Source of the DNA: an archaeon
GTDB taxonomy: Archaea > Thermoproteota > Nitrososphaeria > Nitrososphaerales > JACAEJ01
Assembly (NCBI GenBank): GCA_024256285.1
Contig: JACGUG010000001.1
Span: forward strand, 93,771-157,770
Direction: 5' to 3'
DNA: 64,000 nt
In this document: positions 19,040-30,953 of the stretch, in pieces
How positions within the stretch are numbered: the stretch's first letter is position 1
How the letters are laid out: the number at the start of each line of letters is the position of its first letter
Translations under genes and position numbers: made by a program
The notes under the pieces: model-generated
What the model saw: only the letters and a program-made list of their open reading frames with translations
What the model was told of the DNA's origin: nothing
The model's database searches: none

Positions 19040-19336
19040 GTGATTAAAACTTTTAGTCGTAATAAGCTTATGTGGTCTCTTAACATTTTATGCTTATCCC
19101 CACTAATGATAGTGATGAAGCCGTTGCTCCAAATGCTTAGCGAAGGTTGCCAGCAAGTTATAGTTAAATCCATAAGATAGATAGAATGGGGATTTGAAAC
19201 TTGTGACCTTATGTCAATAAAGGTAGGAAACATAAAAATGAAGTAGAAGCTGAGATATGGGCTAAGAAATGATTGCTTATCGTTGTCTTTATCTTACTGG
19301 GTTTATAATCTCAATTGTCTATAAGTGAAAATAAAT

Positions 19337-20688
19337 TTATCGCAGTTTGATATATTCGTAAGCCTTTCTTGTAGATTCGAAGCAGTAATGTACTTTATAG
19401 AAACCTTTGCGAAAATCTATGACATCTTGCCTTACTCTTTCAGGATCCCCCCCTTCGATCACAACCCTTGCTATCAGCTCAGCTATGTAATCCATATCGC
19501 TCTCCTTCATGCCTAGTCTTGTGCACTCTTGACTGCCGAGCCTTATACCACCAGGATTTTGGTAATGCCTATCGTATTTTAGATCGTAAGCCAGTAAGTT
19601 TCTGTTCAAGATTATGTTTGCCTTCTCAAGTTTCTCCTCCAGATCTCCTCCTAAGCCATACTTTGTTACATCGACTATAACTGTATGAGATTGAGTGAAC
19701 CCCCTCTTTTCGCCTAAGACTTGAAACCCTCTCTCATAAAGAGCTTGAGCCAGTGCTTTGGAATTCTTTATAACCTGTGAAGCGTACTCCTCGCCAAACT
19801 CTAAGAACTCTGCAAAAGCGATGGCCTTTCCACAGAGATGGTGCAGGTGGTGGTTACTCACATTTGAAGGAAAGGTCGCCTTTTTGATCAATTCGGCATA
19901 TCTGTTAAAGGATAATACACATCCCCCTTGAGGACCGAATAAAGTCTTGTGAGTGCTCATGCTCATCACATCCGCTCCTTCCCTTAAAGGGTCTTGGAAT
20001 TTCCTCCCTGCCACCAACCCGGCTACATGGGCCGCATCATAGCAGACCTTCGCCCCTATTTCATGGAATATGTCTGCCAGCTCTTTCAAGGGTTGGGGTT
20101 GAGTCAGGACTGATCCACCAAACATCGCCAACTTCACTTTCTTACCTTCATCCACTATCTGCTTTACCTTCTTCTTCGTTCCATCTACATCTATGTTCAT
20201 CTCCTCAACATCGAAGGGGAAGTATTCAACATTTAGCTTTGAGACAGAACCCGCCGTCCCCCCTAAAGACTTCCTTCCAGTGGATATGTGCCCCCCACTG
20301 GCTATGGACAGAGAAAACATGGTATCTCCTACATCTGTGAAGGCAGTATATACCACTAGGTTGGCACAAACTCCTGATACGGGCCTCAAATCGGCGAACT
20401 CTGCTCTGAAGAGTTTTTTGGCTAACTCGATAGCTATGAGCTCGACTTTGTCGATGTAGATACATCCTGCATAAAGTCTCTCGCCCGGCCAACCTAACCG
20501 AGATGCTTATTGATGAGCACCTTTTCGGCGTATCTATTCCCGAAGTCACTTATCATGGCTTCATGGACTGCCGGACTCGGTATATTCTCACTAGCTACCA
20601 AAGGTATGGAATTCGAGAACCATCTATGGTGCTGCTCGAGGAGTCGGAAGACTTCATCGTAGTAATCTTTTGGGGCTTTGTTCATCAA
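19337..20688 (-). pseudogene. glyA: serine hydroxymethyltransferase, reading frame interrupted by 29 extra nt
   Basis: The N-terminal 64 aa (LVASENIPSPAVHEAMISDFGNRYAE) end at the TAG at 20494..20496. The remaining roughly 390 aa (LGWPGERLYAGCIYIDKVE ... STHKTLFGPQGG) are in the -1 frame, which is open from 20506. Confidence 0.8.
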
Positions 20689-20804
20689 CTCAATCGTTCC
20701 TTACCATTAAATATGCCTTTATTAAAATTTCTACTCATTTTGAAGCAGTATGGATTGCTATTGAGAAGTAGTCTTTTCTTGAAGAAATTTGAGAGGGTAT
20801 ACGT

Positions 20805-21134
20805 TTAGGAGACTTCTTCTTTCTCCGCTCCGACTTCCCTTACAACCTTCAATTTGACCTCTTTAATCAGACTTACACCCCTGCTTGAAATTATTGAACC
20901 CGCTAATAAAATTATAAAAAGCATAACAAATAGCATCAAAACATTCGATATATCCGTGAATAGGGAGCTAGGTATGGTGCCCCCATTTGTATCAGGCGCT
21001 TCGAAGAACTGAGGAACAGGCATCGCACCCGTAAGATAGGAATAAGCCATCACTACTGAATATATTACTATCCCTAGACCAACCCCCAATAATATATACC
21101 CTATGATCCTCTCCGTTCCCATACTCTCGCTCAC
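20805..21134 (-). CDS. small membrane protein, hypothetical
   Basis: 109 aa with two clear hydrophobic helices. Confidence 0.45.
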   Translation of the reverse strand: MSESMGTERIIGYILLGVGLGIVIYSVVMAYSYLTGAMPVPQFFEAPDTNGGTIPSSLFTDISNVLMLFVMLFIILLAGSIISSRGVSLIKEVKLKVVREVGAEKEEVS

Positions 21135-21304
21135 TATAGGAAATATGACCTTTTAATCAGTTAAATATATTTTAGTTTTACTAAAGGCTAAATTAATGAA
21201 CTTACCTCTTAATGTTTCCAACAATGGCCCGTTCACAGGTTAAACTGCCATTTCAATAAGGTATTTATTTAGATGATGTAGGACATGGGTGGAGGCAAGA
21301 AGTC

Positions 21305-22441
21305 ATGGTTACATACAAAGTGCCCGTAATAGCTGGCGATGGCATTGGTCCTGAAGTAATAGCTGAAGGCAAGAAGGTCCTTGATGCCGTTGCTGAAGTG
21401 GATGGATTCGATATAGAGTGGATAGAATACCCATACGGTGCAGATAACTACCTCTCCACAGGGGAGTTGATCAGTGAAGATGCTCTCAAAGAGCTGAAAA
21501 ACTACAGATCGATCTATCTGGGCGCCCTTGGAGACCCAAGGGTAGAACCAGGCATCCTTGAACTGGGTATATTGTTGAGGCTTCGCTTCTACTTAGACGA
21601 ATATATCAATCTTAGGCCCATAAAACTTTATGAGGGTGTACCGACCCCGATAAAAAACAAGAAGCCAAGCGACATTCAATTTGTAGTTGTAAGGGAGAAC
21701 ACAGAGGACTTCTACATAGGTCTCGGTGGCAACGCAAAGAGGGGTAGAAGCAAGCATGAATTGGACCTAGTCAGAGACATCTACCACATTCGCTTCGGCT
21801 TGGATATAGATTCTGATGCTGACGAAATCTCCTATCAACTAGGGGTAATAAGCAGAGAGGGGGCTAGGAGAGTTATCGAATACGCTTTTCAATATGCAAA
21901 GAGTCATGAGAGAAGTAAAGTTACCGGAGTCGATAAAGCGAACGTTTTGACACATATGTACAGTCTCTGGAGACGAGTTTTTGATGAAGTTGCCAAAGGT
22001 TACCCTGATATAAGAACAGAATTTGCCTTCGTAGACGCGACGGCCATGTGGTTCATCAAGAACCCTGAGTGGTATGAAGTTGTAGTTACGCCCAACCTCT
22101 TCGGGGATATTCTGACAGACCTCGGTGCTATGATACAAGGTGGATTAGGTGTAGCCCCAGGGGGCAACATCAACCCAAAAGGCACTTCGATGTTCGAACC
22201 CATTCATGGTTCTGCACCCAAATACAAGGGGATGAACAAAGCAAACCCAGTTGCAACGATCTTGGCAGGATGTCTTTTGCTCGAAAATCTAGGGCTTGAG
22301 AGATCGGCTGTGAAGGTCGAGAAGGCGACGGAAGAAATCTTAAGGGAAGGAAAAGTGAAAACTTATGACCTCGGTGGAAAGTCCAAGACTAGCGAGGTCG
22401 GAGATGCTATCGCTAAGAGAGTGAAAGAATTAACGATATAG
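21305..22441 (+). CDS. leuB: 3-isopropylmalate dehydrogenase (isopropylmalate/tartrate dehydrogenase family)
   Basis: [24 protein letters not shown] and NLFGDILTD motifs. It sits beside the leuCD-leuA cluster. Confidence 0.75.
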   Translation: MVTYKVPVIAGDGIGPEVIAEGKKVLDAVAEVDGFDIEWIEYPYGADNYLSTGELISEDALKELKNYRSIYLGALGDPRVEPGILELGILLRLRFYLDEYINLRPIKLYEGVPTPIKNKKPSDIQFVVVRENTEDFYIGLGGNAKRGRSKHELDLVRDIYHIRFGLDIDSDADEISYQLGVISREGARRVIEYAFQYAKSHERSKVTGVDKANVLTHMYSLWRRVFDEVAKGYPDIRTEFAFVDATAMWFIKNPEWYEVVVTPNLFGDILTDLGAMIQGGLGVAPGGNINPKGTSMFEPIHGSAPKYKGMNKANPVATILAGCLLLENLGLERSAVKVEKATEEILREGKVKTYDLGGKSKTSEVGDAIAKRVKELTI

Positions 22442-22446
22442 TAGCA

Positions 22447-22944
22447 TCAAACCCTTGCTCTCTTCAGCTTGTTCAATAACCCACCTATCTCTATCAGTTC
22501 GAGGATAAAGTCTGGGAGGGGCTGGGCTTGAGCAGATATATTGCGAGTCAAGTTCTTGATCTTCCCACTCTTTAAATCCAGACTTAATCGATCACTATCT
22601 TGGACTGAATCCCATAAACTCTCACATTCCAGAACTGGCAGACCGATGTTGATCGCATTCCTATAGAATATGCGGGCAAAGGATTTTGCTATTACACATC
22701 TCGTACCAGAATACTTCAGGGCTATGGGTGCCTGTTCTCTGCTTGAGCCGCAACCAAAGTTCTTGCCAGCAACAACTATTCCATCCTTGCTCTTCTTGAT
22801 GAAGGAAGGGTCTATGCCCTCCATGGCATGCTTTGCCAACTCTCTTGGATCGGTCAGAACAAGATATCTGCTTGGGATGATTACATCTGTATTTATGTCA
22901 TCGCCATACTTTATGGCCTTCCCCAATATCTCCAATTCAACCAC
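22447..22944 (-). CDS. leuD: 3-isopropylmalate dehydratase small subunit
   Basis: 165 aa aconitase swivel domain (GKNFGCGSSREQAP). Confidence 0.85.
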   Translation of the reverse strand: MVELEILGKAIKYGDDINTDVIIPSRYLVLTDPRELAKHAMEGIDPSFIKKSKDGIVVAGKNFGCGSSREQAPIALKYSGTRCVIAKSFARIFYRNAINIGLPVLECESLWDSVQDSDRLSLDLKSGKIKNLTRNISAQAQPLPDFILELIEIGGLLNKLKRARV

Positions 22945-24199
22945 TCCTAAAAGAAGTTGGATCTGTAATACGCCCTGTTATGGCAGAGACTGCAGCAGTA
23001 GCAGGAGAGGCTAGATAAACTTTTGACTTCGGGCTACCCATCCTCCCTATGAAGTTCCTGTTCGTAGTGCTCAAGCAGACCTCCTCCGATGCAAGCATTC
23101 CAATGTGCCCTCCGTAACAGGCTCCACAGGTGGGGTTGGTTACGGTCGCCCCAGCAAGAAGAAAAGTCTCAATCAGACCTTCACGTAAAGCGTCTAGGTA
23201 TATCTCTTGTGATGCAGGGATTATTATCAGCCTAGTTCTATCGCTCACTACATTTCCCTTTAATATCTCAGCAACTATGCGCAGATCCTCCATCCTTCCA
23301 TTCGTGCAAGAGCCTATGAAGACCTGATCCAATTCTACCCCTTCCACTTCGGATACAGGTTTTACGTTATCCACAGCACTAGGACACGAAACCAGAGGTT
23401 TCAGATCGTCGACAGATAACTCTAAAGTTCTTTCATATTCAGCATCTGGATCACTTTTCACGATGGAGAATCGTTCGTTCGTTCTGCTCTTCATATAAGC
23501 CAAAGTCTTCTCGTCAGGTTCGACTATGCCCGCCTTTCCACCCACCTCTATAGCCATATTACATATAGTCATCCTACCATCTATGCTCATATCTCTTATA
23601 GTCGAGCCTTTGAACTCAAGCCCCTTATAATTCGCACCGCTGACCCCTAATATCTCTGCAATTTTTAAGAAGAGGTCTTTGGGCGTAACGAATTTTCTGA
23701 AGTCCCCCCTTACATTCACCTTGATCACTTTCGGGACCTTGAACCACAGCCTTCCAGTTGTAAACACTGCAGTCATATCGGTCGAGCCTATGCCAGTAGA
23801 AAAGGCTCCTATGGCGCCGTAAGTGCAAGTATGAGAGTCTGCTCCTACAACTACATCCCCTGGTTTTACATGAGCTTTCTCCACCATTACTTGGTGAGAA
23901 ATCCCGCCTCTTCCAACATCGTAGAATGCCCTTATCCCCTGCTCTCTTGCGAACTCCCTCATTATCTTGTGTAATTCGGCAGCTTCCACACTTCCGGCAG
24001 GGATCGTATGATCCAAAACCATGACTATCTTATCTTTGTTCCAGACTTCCTTCACTCCTACCTCATGGAAGTATTTTATAGTTAGATGCCCGGTTATCTC
24101 GTTGACCATAGCACAGTCTATGTTGGCTTCGACTATCTCCCCTGGCGATACGTGATCTCTACCAGATGCTCTGCTCAGGATTTTCTCAATAACATTCAT
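22937..24199 (-). CDS. leuC: 3-isopropylmalate dehydratase large subunit
   Basis: 420 aa aconitase-family protein (GADSHTCTYGA, IGSCTNGR, NRNFIGRMG). Confidence 0.88.
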   Translation of the reverse strand: MNVIEKILSRASGRDHVSPGEIVEANIDCAMVNEITGHLTIKYFHEVGVKEVWNKDKIVMVLDHTIPAGSVEAAELHKIMREFAREQGIRAFYDVGRGGISHQVMVEKAHVKPGDVVVGADSHTCTYGAIGAFSTGIGSTDMTAVFTTGRLWFKVPKVIKVNVRGDFRKFVTPKDLFLKIAEILGVSGANYKGLEFKGSTIRDMSIDGRMTICNMAIEVGGKAGIVEPDEKTLAYMKSRTNERFSIVKSDPDAEYERTLELSVDDLKPLVSCPSAVDNVKPVSEVEGVELDQVFIGSCTNGRMEDLRIVAEILKGNVVSDRTRLIIIPASQEIYLDALREGLIETFLLAGATVTNPTCGACYGGHIGMLASEEVCLSTTNRNFIGRMGSPKSKVYLASPATAAVSAITGRITDPTSFRSG

Positions 24200-24260
24200 C
24201 GTAACTTATGGCCTTGATCGTCGACTTGATTATAAAATTAACGTTCCTATACTATAAAAG

Positions 24261-25781
24261 TTATGTGGCTAAGCTTTGTGATCTCTTCCTTTTTATAAGT
24301 ATCTTATTGATGCCATCTATCAACGCTTCCACACTGGCTATCACCACATCTTCGCCTGCTGCCCTTGCAGATGCTACATTTCCATCTTTATCCTCGACTT
24401 TTATTATCACTTCGGCAAGAGCGTCTGAGCCACCTGTAATGGCTGCCAACCTGTACTCCTTCAGTTTTATATTTGCCAATCTATCTGTAATATTCTGAAT
24501 AGCTCTAACCGCTGAATCGACAGGTCCGACCCCAGTCTCAGCTGCTACGTACTCCTTCCCATCCAGTATGATCTTGACAGATGCTGTGGGGACTACTTTG
24601 ATCCCCGTTATAACTGCTAGATCGACTAGATCGATGATCTTCTCCTCCTCTGCCGCCTTCCTCATCACAAATCTGGCTATAGCAGATAAGTCGGTGTCGG
24701 TGACGGCCTTCCCTTTATCACCTAAATCCTTCACCCTTTCAACGATCTCTCTTAGTTGATCCTTTGTTGGTTGCCAACCCATCTCTTCTAACTTTGCCGC
24801 TATACCATGGCCTCCTGCATGCTTCCCAGCCTGAAGCCACCTCTTTCTACCTACCATCTCTGGCATTATGGGCTCATAGGTCAGGGGTGTAGATAGTATA
24901 CCATGAACATGTATGCCAGACTCATGACTGAAAGCATTATCGCCTACTATTGCTTTGTTGGGCTGAACGGTTATCCCTGTCAGCTCTGAAACGAGTTTAG
25001 AAGTCTCATAGATCTGCTGAGTATTTATTCTTGTCTTCTTTCCATATAATGAGTGTAATGCCATCACTACTTCTTCCAATGCTGCATTGCCCGCCCTTTC
25101 TCCTAAGCCATTGATGGTTACATGAGCCCTTACTGCACCGGCTTCTATTCCAGCCAAAGTATTCGCTACAGCCATGCCAAAATCGTCATGACAGTGTAGG
25201 CTTACGGGTAGTCTAACTGCTTCTTTGATTTCGCCAACGAGCTGATACATCTTTATGGGTGTTATGATACCAACAGTATCTGGGATATCGATTCTGTCCG
25301 CACCAACCTCCTCAACAGCCCTGTAAACTTGTTTAAGAAAATCAAGGTCCGATCTTGTGGCATCTTCAGCTGAAAACTCAACTTGAACTCCATGGCTCTT
25401 AGCGTATTCTACGCCTTCAATAGCTTTTTGTAAGGCTTGCTCTTGAGTCAGCTTTAGCTTGTATTTTAGATGTATATCCGATGTTGCTACGAAGACATGT
25501 ATGCATCCAACCCCACAATCAAGGGCAGCATCTATGTCCCCCTTATCCACTCTGGCCAATGCACAGATTTCAGCCTTCAGTCCTTCTTTGACGATAAGTT
25601 TGACGCCTTCGATCTCTCCTTTAGAAACTATGGGGAAGCCTGCCTCTATCGTATCTACGCCAAGTTTATCGAGCAGACGGGCGATCTCCAGCTTGTCTTC
25701 AGGTGTGAGGGATACTCCTGGGGTCTGTTCCCCGTCTCTCAAAGTTGTATCGAAGATCTTGATGTAGTCTTCACTGCTCAT
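24261..25781 (-). CDS. leuA: 2-isopropylmalate synthase
   Basis: [11 protein letters not shown] and [13 protein letters not shown] motifs plus a C-terminal LeuA-type regulatory domain. 506 aa. Confidence 0.88.
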   Translation of the reverse strand: MSSEDYIKIFDTTLRDGEQTPGVSLTPEDKLEIARLLDKLGVDTIEAGFPIVSKGEIEGVKLIVKEGLKAEICALARVDKGDIDAALDCGVGCIHVFVATSDIHLKYKLKLTQEQALQKAIEGVEYAKSHGVQVEFSAEDATRSDLDFLKQVYRAVEEVGADRIDIPDTVGIITPIKMYQLVGEIKEAVRLPVSLHCHDDFGMAVANTLAGIEAGAVRAHVTINGLGERAGNAALEEVVMALHSLYGKKTRINTQQIYETSKLVSELTGITVQPNKAIVGDNAFSHESGIHVHGILSTPLTYEPIMPEMVGRKRWLQAGKHAGGHGIAAKLEEMGWQPTKDQLREIVERVKDLGDKGKAVTDTDLSAIARFVMRKAAEEEKIIDLVDLAVITGIKVVPTASVKIILDGKEYVAAETGVGPVDSAVRAIQNITDRLANIKLKEYRLAAITGGSDALAEVIIKVEDKDGNVASARAAGEDVVIASVEALIDGINKILIKRKRSQSLAT

Positions 25782-26770
25782 TTCTCAATTCCTGCCATCT
25801 TTCTGATGAATCTGCCTACTTCCTCTATCTTGTGCTCAGGGACTTCTCTCATCAAGGCATTCAGTTTTGCCTTGCTCTTTTCAAGGTTGCCAGCCCATTC
25901 TTCGGCAAACTTTCCACTCTGAATATCCTTTAGAATCTTCTTCATGTTCTCCCTAACATGCTCATCCACGACTTTAGGACCTACCGTAAGACCGCCGTAC
26001 TTTGCTGTATCAGATACTGCCTTCAACATCCCCGTAAAACCACTCTTGTAAACTAAATCCATTATGAGCTTCATCTCATTACAAACCTCAAAGTATGCCA
26101 ATTCGGGCTGATATCCCTCTTTCACAAGGACCTCGAACCCCTTTGTGATCAGAGATATGAGCCCGCCGACCAAGACCGACTGCTCTCCGAAAAGATCGGT
26201 CTCCGTCTCCTCTTTGAAGGTAGTCTCTAAAACGCCAGCCCTTGTGCATCCCATAGCCTTACTCATAGCAAGAGCCAGATCCTTCCCTCGACCTGAATAG
26301 TCTTGGGCTACAGCGATCAGGGCTGGAACGCCAAAGCCATTCACGTAAGCATCTCTAAGACCCTTTCCAGGGCTCTTAGGTGCGATCATTATGACATCTA
26401 CATGAGGAGGAGGAACTATCTGCTTAAAATGAATGTTGAACCCATGAGAAAATCCAAGGGCTTTCCCCTCTTTCATATGGCTGGTGATCTGCGTTCTATA
26501 TACTGCAGGCTGTTCAATATCAGGGATCAGCATATGAATTATATCGCCTTTCTCTGCTGCTTCCTCTATTGTGTATGGCTCAAAACCATCGGCCTTGGCT
26601 CTGTCCCATGATGCTCCGCCAACCCTCAATCCCAGTATAATATCAAGACCTGAATCTCTCATGTTCAGTGCCTGTGCACGCCCTTGGTTACCATAACCTA
26701 TTACGGCTACGGTCTTCTCTTCTTTTATTACCTCTAGGTCAGCATCCAAATCGTAATATATCTTGGCCAT
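25778..26770 (-). CDS. ilvC: ketol-acid reductoisomerase
   Basis: [19 protein letters not shown] Rossmann motif. 330 aa class I KARI. Confidence 0.9.
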   Translation of the reverse strand: MAKIYYDLDADLEVIKEEKTVAVIGYGNQGRAQALNMRDSGLDIILGLRVGGASWDRAKADGFEPYTIEEAAEKGDIIHMLIPDIEQPAVYRTQITSHMKEGKALGFSHGFNIHFKQIVPPPHVDVIMIAPKSPGKGLRDAYVNGFGVPALIAVAQDYSGRGKDLALAMSKAMGCTRAGVLETTFKEETETDLFGEQSVLVGGLISLITKGFEVLVKEGYQPELAYFEVCNEMKLIMDLVYKSGFTGMLKAVSDTAKYGGLTVGPKVVDEHVRENMKKILKDIQSGKFAEEWAGNLEKSKAKLNALMREVPEHKIEEVGRFIRKMAGIEK

Positions 26771-26780
26771 TTTTAACTAA

Positions 26781-27284
26781 TCAACCTCTAACCAGTGCAG
26801 TTATACCTGTCCTTGCTATCTCTTTGATGCCAAAAGTCGATGCCAAAGTTATAAATGCGTCTATCTTGTCGGGCGATCCTGTGACCTCTACGGTTATCGA
26901 TCCTGGAGCAACATCGACTACCCTACTTCTGAAGACATTGGCATAGTTGATGATATCTGATCTGGCCCTCGCATCTGCCACATGAAGCTTCACAAGAGCC
27001 AACTCCCTCACTACAGTACTCCCTAGGCTTAGGGCACTCACCTTTATCACATCTATAAGTTTGGCCAACTGCTTGACCACCTGCTCAACGGTAGCGCTGT
27101 CCCCCTTTATCGTTATAGTCATCCTCGATAGGTCTTTGTGTTCTGTAGGTCCGACGGAGATGCTGTCGATGTTGAACCCCCTACACCTAAACATGTTAGA
27201 AGCCTTATGAAGGACACCCGGTTTGTTCTCGACGATCGTAGATATTATATATGTCTTCTTAACTCTTCTCTCCAATATAATCAC
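26781..27284 (-). CDS. ilvN: acetolactate synthase small (regulatory) subunit
   Basis: 167 aa ACT-domain protein (IISTIVENKPGVLHKASNMFRCRGFNIDSISVG). Confidence 0.85.
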   Translation of the reverse strand: MIILERRVKKTYIISTIVENKPGVLHKASNMFRCRGFNIDSISVGPTEHKDLSRMTITIKGDSATVEQVVKQLAKLIDVIKVSALSLGSTVVRELALVKLHVADARARSDIINYANVFRSRVVDVAPGSITVEVTGSPDKIDAFITLASTFGIKEIARTGITALVRG

Positions 27285-28963
27285 CCATAGATGGTATCTT
27301 TAAGTCCCTTTCCTGCTGGAACCATAGGAAAGACATTTTCTTCAGGGGAGATAGGAACATCTATGACCGTAGTTACTTCGCTCTTCAATGCGCCTTTAAC
27401 GACTTTTGTAAACTCATCAAGAGAACCGATACGAAAACCTTGTGCCCCAAATGCCTCAGCCAATTTTACGAAATCAGGGGCTGCTCCTAACTCAACAGCT
27501 GAATACCTCCTATTATAGAACAGCCTTTGCCATTGTGCTACCATGCCCAACATAGAGTTGTTCAAGATCACCACTATAACAGGTATCTTTTCAAGAACAG
27601 ATGTAGCAAGGGAGTTCGCAGTCATCGCAAAGCTACCATCGCCAGCTATGTCTACAACAGGTACATCAGGTCTTGCAACCTTCGCTCCGATGGCGGCAGG
27701 AAAGCCAAAACCCATCGTTCCAAGTCCTCCCGAGCTTATGAATGTTCTGGGTTCAAATACTTTGAAGTATAGCGAAGCCCACATCTGGTTCTGACCTACT
27801 TCTGTCGTAATTACAGCCTTATTCGGCAAAAGCTCTCTCAACTTCTTTAAGAGCTTTGGTGGTGCCAAATCCTCTCCCTGATCGATCATTTTGCCTTTAA
27901 ATTCCTCTCTTGTCTGTCGAACCCTCCTCAACCAAGGGCTATCCTCCCTCTTCTCTAGTCGCTTAGCCAACGAATCGTATAACATATCGAGAGTCTTACT
28001 TAAATCACCTACTATAGGAACATCTATTGCTTTGTTCTTCCCTATCTCTGAAGGGTCTATATCGATATGTATTATCTTCGTATCTGGACAGAACTCCTCT
28101 ATCTTGCCTGTAGTCCTATCAGAGAACCTTGCCCCTGCTGCCAATAAGACATCCGCCTCCAGGATCAACTTATTCGCTTCAGCTGAGCCATGCATCCCTA
28201 AAACTCCGAGGGATAGTGGATGGTTCTCAGGGAAGCAACCCTTGGACATGAGGGTTGTTACAACAGGTGCTAACAGAAGCTCAGCCATCGCCTGCAATTT
28301 CTGTGAAGCGTTGGAAAGGATTACCCCGCCCCCAGCCATTATAACAGGTTTTTCCGCTTTTGTAAGTAAATCTATCGCCTTCTTAACTTGAAGTGGATGA
28401 GGGGATATGTTGGGGTTATAGCCTCGAATTTCGACCTTGTTTGGGAAGATCATATCAGCAGTATTACTCTGCACATCCTTTGGGATATCTATCAAGACTG
28501 GACCTGGTCTTCCAGTTGAAGCTATGTGAAAAGCCATCTTTACAGTCTTTGGAATTTCAGAGGCATATCTTGGTTGGAAGTTATGTTTTGTTATAGGGGT
28601 GGTTATCCCTATTATGTCTACCTCTTGGAAGGCATCCTTGCCTATCATAGATGTTGGGACTTGACCTGTTACAGCAACTATGGAAGAAGAGTCCATGTAA
28701 GCATTTGCTATTCCTGTAACCAAGTTCGTGGCACCAGGGCCTGAAGTTGCCATACACACTCCTACCCTGCCGCTGGCTCTTGCAAAGCCTTCTGCCATAT
28801 GTGCCACTGATTGTTCATGTCGCCCAAGTATGTGCCTTATCTTAGAGTCACGAAGCACATCGTAGACTGGAATCATGGCACCGCCTGGTAAACCGAAGAT
28901 GACCTCCACCTTCTCCTTATATAGAGCTTCGATAAGAGCCTGAGCCCCAGACATTTCAACCAT
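27281..28963 (-). CDS. ilvB: acetolactate synthase large subunit
   Basis: 560 aa ThDP enzyme (GDGSF...NN ThDP motif, GLGTMGFGFPAAIGAK). Confidence 0.9.
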   Translation of the reverse strand: MVEMSGAQALIEALYKEKVEVIFGLPGGAMIPVYDVLRDSKIRHILGRHEQSVAHMAEGFARASGRVGVCMATSGPGATNLVTGIANAYMDSSSIVAVTGQVPTSMIGKDAFQEVDIIGITTPITKHNFQPRYASEIPKTVKMAFHIASTGRPGPVLIDIPKDVQSNTADMIFPNKVEIRGYNPNISPHPLQVKKAIDLLTKAEKPVIMAGGGVILSNASQKLQAMAELLLAPVVTTLMSKGCFPENHPLSLGVLGMHGSAEANKLILEADVLLAAGARFSDRTTGKIEEFCPDTKIIHIDIDPSEIGKNKAIDVPIVGDLSKTLDMLYDSLAKRLEKREDSPWLRRVRQTREEFKGKMIDQGEDLAPPKLLKKLRELLPNKAVITTEVGQNQMWASLYFKVFEPRTFISSGGLGTMGFGFPAAIGAKVARPDVPVVDIAGDGSFAMTANSLATSVLEKIPVIVVILNNSMLGMVAQWQRLFYNRRYSAVELGAAPDFVKLAEAFGAQGFRIGSLDEFTKVVKGALKSEVTTVIDVPISPEENVFPMVPAGKGLKDTIYG

Positions 28964-29300
28964 GCTAATACCCTCCTAAACAAGACCTATATGCAAAGAT
29001 GCAGATAGGCTTATAGTACAACTACGGAGGACAACAGGACTACTCCAAGAAAGTCTAGACAAAGAGCTATCCCTTGATATCTAAAGTCGCTTTTATCGTC
29101 CTCCATGAACCGTCCTTATCAAAGGGTGAATTGTGACTAATAAACATATTGGTGACAGAAAGGAATATTTTAAATTCGATCGAAATTTATAGAAATCTTA
29201 CAATAATGCTCCTTACCTCTCTTTATGGATTGAGCCCTACAAAGTTTAATTGAGTAAAGGTTTACAAGTAGGCCGATCGATAATAACTCTGTGCAAGAAT

Positions 29301-30953
29301 ATGAGAAGCGATGCCATAAAGCTTGGGATAGAAAGGGCCCCCCACCGATCCCTTTTGAAGGCGTTAGGAGTGACCGATGAGAGCCTTAAGAGACCATTTG
29401 TAGCCATAGTCAATAGTTATACATCTATCGTGCCGGGACACATCCACTTGAACAAGATAGCGGAAGCTGTTAAATCTGGAATCGAGAGGGGTGGTGGCGT
29501 ACCCTTTGAATTTAACACCATAGCTATCTGTGATGGGCTGGCCATGGGCCATGAAGGTATGAAGTACTCTCTGCCCTCTAGGGAGATCATCGCTGATTCT
29601 ATAGAGCTCATGATTCAAGCCCACTGTTTCGATGGGATGGTGATGATAACGAATTGTGACAAGATAACTCCAGGGATGCTGATCGCTACTACTAGGCTCG
29701 ACATCCCGTCCATCTTCGTTACTGGTGGGCCTATGCTTGCAGGCTTTTACAAAGGAAAGAAGGTTGGGTTGATCTCCGTCTTTGAAGCCCTTGGTGGTGT
29801 AAACACTGGGAAAATAAGTGAAAATGAACTTAAGGAGTTGGAAGATGTAGCCTGTCCTACTTGTGGCTCTTGCTGTGGTCTATTCACAGCTAACACTATG
29901 GCCTGCATGACTGAAACATTGGGCATGTCTTTACCATATTGTGCCACTTCTCTCGCCGTAGACTCATCAAAAATCAGGATTGCCGAAAAATCTGGAGAAA
30001 GGATCATTGAGATGATCTATGATGATCTGAGACCATCCAAGATAATGACGAAGGATGCTTTTCACAATGCTATTGCTTTAGATATGGCTCTGGGAGGCTC
30101 AACGAACACCGTTCTACATTTGACAGCTATCGCAAGAGAGGCAGGAATCAATCTCGATCTGTCAGTATTCGATGAGATAGGCAGGAAGGTTCCCCATATC
30201 TGTGATATCTACCCTGGAGGATCTTACATGCTTGAGGACCTAGATCGAGCGGGCGGGATTCCTGCTGTAATGAAGAATCTGAGTAAATTCTTGCACCTTG
30301 AATCCCTGACAGTTACTGGAAAGACCATCAAGGAGAACATAAAATATGCTTCAGTCTTGGATGATAAAGTGATTCGACCCATAGACGAACCTATACACAC
30401 TGAAGGAGGAATAGCCATCTTAAGAGGTAACCTTGCTCCTAAAGGAGCCGTTATAAAGACTGCAGCCGTTTCAAAGAAAAACTTACAGTTCAAAGGACCT
30501 GCGATTGTCTTCGACTCTGAAGAGAGTTGCATAAAGGAGATATTCGATGGAGCTATTGAAAAGGGCAGTATAGTCATTATCCGTTACGAGGGTCCTAAAG
30601 GTGGACCTGGCATGAGGGAGATGCTCTCCCCAACATCGGCCATAGTTGGTATGGGGTTGAGTGAATCTGTTGCTTTGATAACGGATGGTAGGTTCTCTGG
30701 AGGGACTAGAGGGCCTTGTATAGGGCATGTCTCCCCTGAGGCTGCTGAGGGTGGACCTATAGCTGCTTTAAAGGACGGCGATATGATAGAAATGGATATA
30801 CCGAAACGCCTCCTTGAAGTCGAGCTATCGAAGGAAGAGATCGATGAGCGTCTAAAAAATTGGAAACCACCCGAACCTAAGATCAAGTCTGGTTATCTAT
30901 GGAGGTACTCTAAGATGGTGAAGTCTGCAGACTTAGGTTGCACATTGGAATAA
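29301..30953 (+). CDS. ilvD: dihydroxy-acid dehydratase
   Basis: [20 protein letters not shown]-terminus, with [19 protein letters not shown] and [10 protein letters not shown] motifs. I prefer the ATG at 29301 over the TTG at 29250. Confidence 0.9.
   Translation: MRSDAIKLGIERAPHRSLLKALGVTDESLKRPFVAIVNSYTSIVPGHIHLNKIAEAVKSGIERGGGVPFEFNTIAICDGLAMGHEGMKYSLPSREIIADSIELMIQAHCFDGMVMITNCDKITPGMLIATTRLDIPSIFVTGGPMLAGFYKGKKVGLISVFEALGGVNTGKISENELKELEDVACPTCGSCCGLFTANTMACMTETLGMSLPYCATSLAVDSSKIRIAEKSGERIIEMIYDDLRPSKIMTKDAFHNAIALDMALGGSTNTVLHLTAIAREAGINLDLSVFDEIGRKVPHICDIYPGGSYMLEDLDRAGGIPAVMKNLSKFLHLESLTVTGKTIKENIKYASVLDDKVIRPIDEPIHTEGGIAILRGNLAPKGAVIKTAAVSKKNLQFKGPAIVFDSEESCIKEIFDGAIEKGSIVIIRYEGPKGGPGMREMLSPTSAIVGMGLSESVALITDGRFSGGTRGPCIGHVSPEAAEGGPIAALKDGDMIEMDIPKRLLEVELSKEEIDERLKNWKPPEPKIKSGYLWRYSKMVKSADLGCTLE

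Noticed and set aside
19112-19118. C-box-like GUGAUGA here, AUGAUGU at 36388 and GGUGAUUU near 45440, considered as C/D box sRNA genes
   Set aside because: No properly spaced CUGA D or D' box lies within about 60 nt, and no terminal stem is present. The motifs alone are uninformative.
19188-19200. GGGGATTTGAAAC, which resembles the 3' end of some archaeal CRISPR repeats
   Set aside because: It is a single occurrence. There is no periodic repeat-spacer structure anywhere in the window.
20495-20523. The 29-nt glyA insert as a bulge-helix-bulge mini-intron in an mRNA
   Set aside because: The local hairpin with CCGA/UCGG and GGUG/CAUC helices would place the two bulges 16 nt apart. Removing 16 nt does not restore the frame, since a length congruent to 2 mod 3 is needed. 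I could not build a 4-bp central helix at the boundaries required for a 29-nt excision.
28964-29300. The 337-nt ilvB/ilvD divergent intergenic region considered as a leader, attenuator or riboswitch
   Set aside because: I saw no leader peptide rich in Ile/Leu/Val codons and no convincing conserved structure. It is probably just two divergent promoters.
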